From Gemmatimonas sp. (GTDB lineage Bacteria; Gemmatimonadota; Gemmatimonadetes; Gemmatimonadales; Gemmatimonadaceae), in the NCBI GenBank assembly GCA_031363115.1, contig JANLTT010000294.1:1-48918 (forward strand): a stretch of DNA of 48,918 bases, in the 5' to 3' direction. Positions 1 to 7,972 of the stretch are shown in pieces. Position 1 is the stretch's first letter. Every line of letters starts with the position of its first letter. The position numbers and the translations under genes were made by a program. The notes under the pieces are model-generated. The model was not told the DNA's origin. It did not search any database and was given only the letters and a program-made list of their open reading frames with translations.

Positions 1-105
1 GACGCGACTCCGGAGGAGTTGCTCAAGGAACTCACGGCGGCGCGCCGACATGTCTTCCAGGCGGCGGGACACTACGAGTCCCTGCCATGGAAGGTGAAGT
101 GGTGA
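1..105 (+). CDS. 3' end of a gene truncated by the window edge (...RRHVFQAAGHYESLPWKVKW*), product unknown
   Basis: Frame 1 is open from base 1 to TGA at 103-105, which overlaps a GTG (102) in the rsmI frame. Confidence 0.6.
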   Translation, partial: DATPEELLKELTAARRHVFQAAGHYESLPWKVKW

Positions 106-941
106 GCGTCGCCGACGCGGCCACCCCGGGGACCCTACACATCGTCAGCACGCCGATTGGCAATCTCGGGGACCTCTCGCCACGAGCCGTGGAGGTGCTG
201 CGGGGAGTCAACGCCATTCTCGCAGAGGACACGCGCCACTCGCGTGTGTTGTGCGATCGCTTCGACATCCGCACGCCGCTGGTGGCGTACCACGAGCACA
301 ACGAGGCATCGGCGACGCCGGGCTTCGTCGCGCGGCTGTTCGCGGGGGAATCCTTCGCGCTCATCAGCGATGCGGGCACGCCATTGCTGTCCGACCCCGG
401 AGCGCGATTGGTGCGCGCGGCCATTGAGGCCGGTGTCACGGTGTCGCCGGTACCAGGTGCCTCAGCCCTGCTCGCCGCACTCGCGGCCGGCGGACTCGCC
501 GCGGACCGTTTCACCTTCTTTGGCTTTCTCGAGCGAAAGGGCGGCGACCGCAAAGCGGCCATCGCCGAGATCGCGGCACTTCGCCACACCGCCGTGTTGT
601 ATGAGTCGCCGAATCGCACCTCCGCCACGCTCGCCGATTTGGCCGCCGTCGGCGCCGGTGCGCGCGAGGCCGTCGTCGCGCGCGAACTCACCAAGCAGTA
701 CGAGGAGTTTCGTCGCGGAACGGTCGCGGAACTCGCTGCGTATTACGAGCAGCACGAACCCCGGGGCGAGATTGTGATTGTGGTGGCCGGCGCCGTGGAC
801 GCGCCGCTCGATGAAACGGAACTCCGCACGCGCGCCGAGGCGATGCGCGCGGACGGTGCCAGTGCGCGCGACATCCAGCACGCACTCGCGGCCGCCGGCG
901 CGCCGCGCAACCTCGCCTATCGCCTCGCGCACGGCACCTGA
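102..941 (+). CDS. rsmI: 16S rRNA (cytidine1402-2'-O)-methyltransferase
   Basis: Motifs TPIGNLGD, AEDTR, SDAGTP.LSDPG, YESP.R, RELTK..EE, PRGE; start probably GTG 102 (GTGA overlap) rather than ATG 87. Confidence 0.95.
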   Translation: MSVADAATPGTLHIVSTPIGNLGDLSPRAVEVLRGVNAILAEDTRHSRVLCDRFDIRTPLVAYHEHNEASATPGFVARLFAGESFALISDAGTPLLSDPGARLVRAAIEAGVTVSPVPGASALLAALAAGGLAADRFTFFGFLERKGGDRKAAIAEIAALRHTAVLYESPNRTSATLADLAAVGAGAREAVVARELTKQYEEFRRGTVAELAAYYEQHEPRGEIVIVVAGAVDAPLDETELRTRAEAMRADGASARDIQHALAAAGAPRNLAYRLAHGT

Positions 942-1681
942 TGCGCGCGGTGCGTTCGCTTCAACACTCGCTCGCAAGTGCGCTCGCAACTGCGCTCGCC
1001 ATCGCGCTTGTTGCCCTGACGCTCGTGGCGGCGGCGCCGCGCCCCGAGGGGTCCGTAGGACTCAGGAGCGCTACGGCCCGCCTCACCGTCGCACGATTGC
1101 AGTACGACGGCGATGACTGGTATGCGAACCCCTCGAGTCTCCCGAACCTGATCGCGGCGATTCGCGCGCGCACGACTCTCGCGGTCGAGCCGAACGAAGT
1201 GCGCCTCACGCTGCTCGATGAATCGCTGTGGGATCATCCGTTCCTGCATCTCACGGGGCATGGACAGATCCGCTTCTCGGAGCGCGAGGTGGAGCGGCTG
1301 CGTGACTATCTGCTGCGCGGCGGGTTCCTGCACGCCGATGATAACTACGGGCTCGATGAGCACTTCCGTCGCGAGATTGCGCGGGTGTTTCCGGATCGCG
1401 CCCTCGTGGATGTGCCGCTCGACCATCCGATCTATCGCATCGTGTATCCCTTCCCGCAGGGCATACCGAAGATCCATGAGCACGACAACAAGCCGCCACG
1501 CGGCTACGGCATCTTCATTGACAGTCGGCTGGTGGTCTTCTACTCGCACGAGAGTGACCTCGGCAACGGATGGGAGGATGTCGGGACCTATCCGACCGAT
1601 CCGCCGGAGGCGCACGAACAGGCCCTACGCCTGGGCGTCAACCTGTTCACGTACGCAGTGACCAGCGGGCCCGGACGATGA
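941..1681 (+). CDS. DUF4159 domain protein, exported
   Basis: Signal-like N-terminus; ARLQY.GDDWY.NP, PFLHLTGHG, LRDYL..GGFLHADDNYG, DLG.GWED, A...GVN motifs. Confidence 0.85.
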   Translation: MRAVRSLQHSLASALATALAIALVALTLVAAAPRPEGSVGLRSATARLTVARLQYDGDDWYANPSSLPNLIAAIRARTTLAVEPNEVRLTLLDESLWDHPFLHLTGHGQIRFSEREVERLRDYLLRGGFLHADDNYGLDEHFRREIARVFPDRALVDVPLDHPIYRIVYPFPQGIPKIHEHDNKPPRGYGIFIDSRLVVFYSHESDLGNGWEDVGTYPTDPPEAHEQALRLGVNLFTYAVTSGPGR

Positions 1682-4600
1682 GCGTGCTCGAGATGATTCG
1701 GCACGAGTCGGAGCGGCTGCGTCGGTTGGCCGTTGTCTCCGTCATCGTGCTTCCGATTGTGGCGGGCCTTGGCGTGCTCGCGGCGAGCGCGAGCTGGCTC
1801 GATGACGGGCGCTGGCTTTCGCTTCCGCCATTCGTCCCACTTCTCACGTGGCTCGTGGTGCTCGGCGCGGCGGTGACGCTCAGCGTGAGCCTGCGCCGTC
1901 GGCTGGTGGCACGCGCCACGCCGCATGCGGTCGCCGATGCCATCGAAGCGGAGCAGGGGCTGCGTCGCGGCTCGCTGACCGGGCTCATGGAAGTCGCGGG
2001 CTCCGGGGTCTTCGCGAGCTTTGCGTCGGAGCAGTTGGGCGCGCAGTTGTCAGACGCGGTGGCCAAGCCTGCGCCGCAGCTGCGACGGCGTGTGGTGCGC
2101 GCGGCTTGGCTCTCTGGCATTGCCCTCGCGCAGGTGCTCGCGCTCGCCACGGTGTCGTGGGCGAGACGTCCCGACGGGTGGCAGGCGTTGTTGAATCCGA
2201 TTGATGCCTGGCGTGGTGCGCTGGCGGAGCCGCTTTCATTTACCGACGCACCGTCGCGCGCACTGCGTGGCGCACCGGTGGACCTCGCGGTCTCGGCCCC
2301 TGGCCGCACACTCGTGCAGGTGCGCTGGCGTGCCACCGGCGGCGACTGGCAACAGGTGATGGCACCGGTTGATTCGCTCGGACGCGCAGCAGCGCGCATT
2401 CCATCGGCCGATGCCGATCTCGTAGTGTTGGCGAGCGATGGACGCAGCGGGCGCGATTCCATCCTGGTGCATGTGGTTGATCGACCGTTCCTGGGCGATA
2501 TCGTGCTCACGGCGACGTATCCCAACTACCTCGGCCGCGCGGATGAACGCTTGCCCACCGATGCGCCCATCCGCGTGCCCGCGGGAACGCAGCTCTCGGT
2601 AGCGGGGGCGGCCTCGGAGCCCCTCGCGCAGGTCGCCCTAGTGAGCGAAGCGGATCACATCGCGCTCGTACCCAGCGGTGCGCGATTCGCCGGACGTTTC
2701 ACGCCGCGCCGCAGTGATGTTTGGCGATGGGAAGTGGTGGGGACGTCGGCGGAGTCGCTGGACATCCCGCCGCCAATCGACATTGAAGTCGTCACGGACT
2801 CGATCCCGCGCGTAGAGATTCTCTCGCCCACCGGCGAAGTCAATGTGACGCCGAATCAGCGCGTCACACTTGAGTTGCTCGCGCAGGACGATCAAGCGCT
2901 CGCGCGCGTGTCACTGCGCCTCTCGCGCGTCGGCAGCGCGGGCGCGGCCCGTGAGATCGTGCTGAGCGAGCGTCGCGAGGCGCTCTGGAGCGGGGCCGTC
3001 ACGGCGGAACTCGCCGCCTTCGCGCTTACGCCCGGCGATGCCGTGCAGGCCATCCTTGTGGCACGCGACGCGGCCCCCGGCGCGCGCGAGGCATTCAGTG
3101 CACCTGTGATCCTGCGCGTGCCCACGGCCGATCAAGCGCGCGAGGCCGCACGCGAAGCGGCAGACGAAGCGGTGGCCGCAGCCGATGCCGCCGTCGCCGC
3201 GCAAAAAGAGCTCGCGGAGCGGACGGCGAATGAGGCGCGCGCACGCAGCGACCGTACCGAAGCACAACGCGCTGAGGATGCCCGCGTCGCGGAGCGACCG
3301 AATGCAGCGCAGCCAAATGCGGCGCAGCCTCCGCGTGAGGCTCTCGGTTTTGAAGGGGCGGAACGTGCGCGGGAGATCGGCGAGCAGCAGCGCGAGCTCA
3401 CTGCTCGCGTCAATCAACTGGAGGAAGCCTCGCGGGAGTTAGAGGATCGCCTGCGCGAAGCCGGCGCACTCGACAGCGGTCTCGCGCGTCAGTTACAGGA
3501 CGCGCAACGGATGCTGCGTGAGGCGATGACGCCGGAGATGGCGGCGGCCCTCGAGCGTCTGGAATCATCCACGCAGCAACTCGATGGGCAGCGCACGCGG
3601 CAGTCCATGGCCGACCTCGCGGCGCAGCAACAACGGATGCGTCAGACCTTGGAGCGGAGCGCCGAGATGCTGCGTCGTGCGGCGCTCGAAGGGCAGATGC
3701 AGACCGTCGCCGACCAAGGACGCGAACTCGCGCAGGAGCAACGCGCAATGGCCGATAGCGCGCGCGCGGGTCGAAACGTGGAGCCCGATGCCGCCCGCAT
3801 GCAGCGCGAGGCGCAGCAACTCGCACGGACCGCACAGCAGTTGAGCGATCGGCTCGAACAGGCGCAGGCGAGGCCCGGCGCCGAGGCCACGGAGCGTGGC
3901 GCGCAGCAGGCGGGACAGGCCGCGCAGCAATTGCAGAACGCGGGGCGCGATCCCAACGCCGCGAGTCAGGCGGCGGAATCGATGGAACGCGCCGCTGAGT
4001 CGCTCGCAGATGCGCGCGGCGAGCAGGTGGCCGAGTGGAAGGCGGAACTGACTGAGGCGCTGGATCGCTCCGTGCAGGAATTGATGCAGATGGCGCGCGA
4101 GCAGGATGGGCTCGCCGAGCAGGCGCGCACGTCGGAGGATCCGTCGTCCATGCGCGGGGCGCAGTCGGCGCTGCAGCAGGGGGTGCAGGCGGCGCAGCAG
4201 CGTCTCGAGTCCGAGGGCCGCCGCTCGACCCTCCTCTCGCCGCGATCGCAGGAACTGATGCAGCGCGCGCAGCAGCGTTCTGCGCAGGCCACGCGTGAAG
4301 CGTCCGAAGGACGTCGCGGACAGTCGGAGCAGGCGATGCGTGAGGCCGCCGATGCGCTGCGGCAAGCCGCGACGCAACTCACGCGAGATCGCGAACGGGC
4401 CTCCGCCGCGCGCTCGGCGACGGGAATGGCCGAGTTGCTGCAGCAGATGCAACAGCTCGCGCAGCAGCAGGGCGGGTTGAATAGCCAGATGCAGAGCCTG
4501 TTGCCGATGGCGCAGCAACAGGGGGCGCGTCAGGGCATGGATGCCGCCACGCGCGAGCAGGCGCGGCAGTTGGCGCGCGCGCAGCGTGAGGTGGCGCAGC

Positions 4601-4974
4601 AACTCGATGATGTCGCCGACGCCGATCCGAGTGGCCGCGCACAGGAGCTCGCGCGCGAGGCGCGGGCGCTGGCGGCGGCACTCGACCAGGGGGCCGTTGA
4701 CCCCGCGACGCAGGCGCGGCAGGAGCGACTCTTTCGTCGCATGCTTGATGCCGGTCGTTCGCTGGAGCAGGACCAGCGAGATGAAAGCCAGAGGCGCGAG
4801 TCGCGTGCGGCGCGTGCGGGCGATCGCGTCACGCCCACCGGCGATGGGCGCGGTGCGCCAGCGGCGCGGTATACGGTGCCGACGTGGGAAGAGCTGCGCG
4901 GGTTGAGCGCGGAGGATCGCCGGCTGGTGATTGAGTACTTCCGGCGACTGAATGCCTCGGGAGGAACGCCGTGA
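1678..4974 (+). CDS. DUF4175-like large membrane-anchored coiled-coil protein
   Basis: ATG 1678 overlaps the upstream TGA; about 3 N-terminal TM segments, beta-rich middle (YP.YLGR, D..P.V, A.DD), long Q/A/E-rich coiled coil, C-terminal 'EYFRRL'. Confidence 0.7.
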   Translation: MSVLEMIRHESERLRRLAVVSVIVLPIVAGLGVLAASASWLDDGRWLSLPPFVPLLTWLVVLGAAVTLSVSLRRRLVARATPHAVADAIEAEQGLRRGSLTGLMEVAGSGVFASFASEQLGAQLSDAVAKPAPQLRRRVVRAAWLSGIALAQVLALATVSWARRPDGWQALLNPIDAWRGALAEPLSFTDAPSRALRGAPVDLAVSAPGRTLVQVRWRATGGDWQQVMAPVDSLGRAAARIPSADADLVVLASDGRSGRDSILVHVVDRPFLGDIVLTATYPNYLGRADERLPTDAPIRVPAGTQLSVAGAASEPLAQVALVSEADHIALVPSGARFAGRFTPRRSDVWRWEVVGTSAESLDIPPPIDIEVVTDSIPRVEILSPTGEVNVTPNQRVTLELLAQDDQALARVSLRLSRVGSAGAAREIVLSERREALWSGAVTAELAAFALTPGDAVQAILVARDAAPGAREAFSAPVILRVPTADQAREAAREAADEAVAAADAAVAAQKELAERTANEARARSDRTEAQRAEDARVAERPNAAQPNAAQPPREALGFEGAERAREIGEQQRELTARVNQLEEASRELEDRLREAGALDSGLARQLQDAQRMLREAMTPEMAAALERLESSTQQLDGQRTRQSMADLAAQQQRMRQTLERSAEMLRRAALEGQMQTVADQGRELAQEQRAMADSARAGRNVEPDAARMQREAQQLARTAQQLSDRLEQAQARPGAEATERGAQQAGQAAQQLQNAGRDPNAASQAAESMERAAESLADARGEQVAEWKAELTEALDRSVQELMQMAREQDGLAEQARTSEDPSSMRGAQSALQQGVQAAQQRLESEGRRSTLLSPRSQELMQRAQQRSAQATREASEGRRGQSEQAMREAADALRQAATQLTRDRERASAARSATGMAELLQQMQQLAQQQGGLNSQMQSLLPMAQQQGARQGMDAATREQARQLARAQREVAQQLDDVADADPSGRAQELAREARALAAALDQGAVDPATQARQERLFRRMLDAGRSLEQDQRDESQRRESRAARAGDRVTPTGDGRGAPAARYTVPTWEELRGLSAEDRRLVIEYFRRLNASGGTP

Positions 4975-6710
4975 AGCACTCCGTGAAGCGCGCGTTCTTG
5001 CTACTGAGCGTGATGATGGTTGTTGCTCCCGTGCTGCGTGCGCAGGAGAACACGGGCACGCTGGTGTCGCGCGCCATCGATCACGAGAACGCGGGTCGGC
5101 ACGCCGAGGCTATTGTCACCTGGCGTCAGGCGATTGCCGCCGGCGCGGTGCTTCCCGGTGTGCTGGGGTTGGAGCGCACGTATGCTATGATTGGCGACGA
5201 GGCCGCTTTGCTTCCCCTGCTGGATTCGCTCGTGCCGCGCTTTCCCGCTGAGGCGCAACTCCGCGGGGTGCAGTTGCGCACGCTGGTGGTGGCCGGCCGC
5301 GACGCGCAGGCTCGCGCGGCCTTCGCGGCCTGGCGCGACCTGCGTCCGCAGGATGTCACGCCGTACCGCGACTTTGCGCGAGTCCTGCTCTTCAACAATC
5401 GCACGGCCACCGCCGACTCGGTGCTGGCGGAAGCCATCGCCACGCTGGGCAGCTCGCGTGCGCTCCTGTTGGAGTCGGCGCAACTCCGCGCTGCAACGGG
5501 CAAGTGGCGCGAGGCCGCGGAAGCCTGGCGCGAGACAATGCGCGATCAAGCCTACTTCGAATCGGCGGCGGTCTTCTCGCTGCAGCCCGCCCCGCTCGAG
5601 GTGCGTGACATGATTCGTCAGGAGCTCGCAGTTGCCGGTGCGCCGATTGGCGCGGCGCAGGCATTGTCCTTTCTCGAGCTGGGTTGGGGATCGCCGCGCG
5701 CGGGATGGCGCGTGCTCGCGGAGTTGCCTAAGAGCGATACCACCGTGGCGGTGTGGGGGGCCTTCGCCGAGGAAGCGGAGCGCGCGCAGGCGTGGACCGC
5801 CGAGCGTGACGCGCTCGCGGCGATGTACGGCGCGAAGCGCGACCCGACGCTCGCGGAGCGCGGTGCGCTCGCGGCACTGCGCGCGAACGATCCCGCGACA
5901 GCGTTGACGCTCGCCCGTGCGGCGCGTCGCCCCGGTGAGGCCACGCCGCGCCCGGAGGTGCTCGCGGCCGAACTCGAAGCGCTCGCCCGACTCGGACGTG
6001 GCGCCGAAGCGGAGCGGGCACTCGCCACCTCCGGCGTGAGCGAGTCGGTCGCGCGGAGCCACGCGAGAACCATTGCGTGGGCGTGGGTGCGGAGCGGGGA
6101 TGTGGCCAAGGCGCGCGCCGCACTCGCCAATGCGCCGCTCGATGCCGAGGATGCCGTTGCCGGCTGGCTCGCGCTCTTTGAGGGCGACCTCGCCCTCGCA
6201 CGGCGCGCGTTGCGGCAAGGCGATGCCACCGCGCCGCAAGCCGTGGCGGCGCTCGCACTGCTCTCGCGCACGAGCGCGCAAAAGTCGGAGACCATTGGAC
6301 GCGCCTTCCTGCAGTTGGTGCGCGCTGATTCCGTTGCGGCGGCGGCGGAGTTCGAGCGCGCGGCTGGCGAACTCAGCGATGCGGCTTCGCTGTTGCTCGC
6401 GATGGCGGCGCGCGTCGAGACGGCGCGCGTCGAAGCCGCTCGCGGAGAGACCGCGCGCGGAGTGAACTCGCTCTCGGATGCGCGGGCCGTTTCGCTCTGG
6501 ACGCGCGTCGCGACCGACTTTGCCACCGCACCCGAAGCCCCCGAAGCGCGGCTCGAATGGGGCCGCGCCCTGCGTCGTCGCGGTGATCGCCGTGGCGCGC
6601 GCGAGCAGTTTGAACACCTGATTCTCACCTACCCGGGGAGCGCGCTCGTGCCGCAGGCACGACGCGAGTTGGACGCGCTCCCCGCGGGCCGCGCCGAGTC
6701 TTCTCAATGA
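4971..6710 (+). CDS. Exported tetratricopeptide-repeat protein
   Basis: Signal peptide (LRA|QE), Ala-rich helical repeats, C-terminal TPR 'LILTYPGSALVPQAR'. Confidence 0.75.
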   Translation: MKHSVKRAFLLLSVMMVVAPVLRAQENTGTLVSRAIDHENAGRHAEAIVTWRQAIAAGAVLPGVLGLERTYAMIGDEAALLPLLDSLVPRFPAEAQLRGVQLRTLVVAGRDAQARAAFAAWRDLRPQDVTPYRDFARVLLFNNRTATADSVLAEAIATLGSSRALLLESAQLRAATGKWREAAEAWRETMRDQAYFESAAVFSLQPAPLEVRDMIRQELAVAGAPIGAAQALSFLELGWGSPRAGWRVLAELPKSDTTVAVWGAFAEEAERAQAWTAERDALAAMYGAKRDPTLAERGALAALRANDPATALTLARAARRPGEATPRPEVLAAELEALARLGRGAEAERALATSGVSESVARSHARTIAWAWVRSGDVAKARAALANAPLDAEDAVAGWLALFEGDLALARRALRQGDATAPQAVAALALLSRTSAQKSETIGRAFLQLVRADSVAAAAEFERAAGELSDAASLLLAMAARVETARVEAARGETARGVNSLSDARAVSLWTRVATDFATAPEAPEARLEWGRALRRRGDRRGAREQFEHLILTYPGSALVPQARRELDALPAGRAESSQ

Positions 6711-7972
6711 TTGTTCGATCGATGCGCCGCGCCGCGCTGCTGCTGGCGCTCGCCCTCGCGCCGCTGCGGGCGCAGTTCATCCTGCTGCCCATGGACGACG
6801 CGCAGACGAATCACCTGAAGGCGTACGGCATCACCTTCGCGGCACTCGCCGATGGCGTGCGCAGCGAGTGGTTGATCAACTATCGCGGCGGCAGTTTCCT
6901 GTTGCCGGATCTTCCCGGACTCCGCCGCTCGGCGGCCTTGGCCGGCGTGAGTTTTGAGCCGGTGGATGGCGCGGCAATATCGGACATTCGGCGCACGATC
7001 GCCGACGGAAACATGGACGCCGTGCCGCTGGAAAAGGCGCCGCGCATCGCCGTGTACGCACCGCCGCAGTCCATGCCGTGGGATGATGCCGTGACGCTCG
7101 CCCTCACCTACGCCGGCATTCCCTACACGAACATCTGGGACGATGTCGTGCTCGGGACCGATCTCTCACAGTTCGACTGGATTCACCTGCATCACGAGGA
7201 CTTCACGGGGCAGCAGCACAAGCTGTACCTCGGCTTCCGTGATGCGCCCTGGTACATTCAGGCGCGCGAGCGTGACCTCGCGATGGCGCGTCGGAATGGC
7301 ATTCAGGATATCCCCACACTCAAGAAGACCGTTGCCGACCGGCTGCGTGGCTTCGTTGAGCGCGGTGGATTCCTTTTCGCGATGTGCGGCGCGACCGAGA
7401 CCATTGAGCTCGCCATCGCCGCGATGGGAGTGGACATCGCCGGCGCGCAGACCGACGGCACCGCGATGGACCCAGACGCGGACAGCAAGCTGAACTGGAA
7501 TCGGACCTTCGCGATTCAGTCGGCGCGGCTGGAGCAGGGGGGCGGCGTCAATGCGATGAGTGACATTGATGGGCACCAGGTAAACGTACCCTCGCGCCGT
7601 CAGCCGCTCGGGACCTTCACCCTCTTTGGCTTTTCGGCCAAGTTCGACCCCGTGGCGACGATGCTCGTGCAAAACCATCGGGCCGTGCTCCGTGACTATT
7701 ATGGTGTCACCACATCGTTCACGCGCCGCACGCTGAAGCCCAGTGTGACGGTGCTCGCGCACGAGGAGGGGGCCCCCTGGGTGAAGTACATCCACGGGAC
7801 GTATGGGCAGGGCAGCTTCACCTTCCTCGGCGGGCACGACCCCGAGGATCCGCAGCACAGCATTGGCGCGCCGCCGACCGATCTCGCGCTGCATCCGAAC
7901 TCGCCGGGCTACCGGCTGATTCTCAATAACGTTCTCTTCCCCGCCGCGAAGAAGAAGCCGCTCAAGACGTGA
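6707..7972 (+). CDS. Exported GATase-like protein (family often labelled 'asparagine synthetase B' in Bacteroidota; function unverified)
   Basis: Signal peptide; LLPMD..Q.NHLKAYG, W..NYRGGSF, PWDDAVTL.LTYA, DW.HLHHEDFTGQ, FAMC.AT, GGHDPED, GYRLILNNVLFPAA. Confidence 0.7.
   Translation: MIVRSMRRAALLLALALAPLRAQFILLPMDDAQTNHLKAYGITFAALADGVRSEWLINYRGGSFLLPDLPGLRRSAALAGVSFEPVDGAAISDIRRTIADGNMDAVPLEKAPRIAVYAPPQSMPWDDAVTLALTYAGIPYTNIWDDVVLGTDLSQFDWIHLHHEDFTGQQHKLYLGFRDAPWYIQARERDLAMARRNGIQDIPTLKKTVADRLRGFVERGGFLFAMCGATETIELAIAAMGVDIAGAQTDGTAMDPDADSKLNWNRTFAIQSARLEQGGGVNAMSDIDGHQVNVPSRRQPLGTFTLFGFSAKFDPVATMLVQNHRAVLRDYYGVTTSFTRRTLKPSVTVLAHEEGAPWVKYIHGTYGQGSFTFLGGHDPEDPQHSIGAPPTDLALHPNSPGYRLILNNVLFPAAKKKPLKT

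Noticed and set aside
3298-3330. PNAAQ-PNAAQ duplication in the DUF4175-like gene
   Set aside because: Short diverged linker duplication in a low-complexity region; no sign of a contingency repeat.
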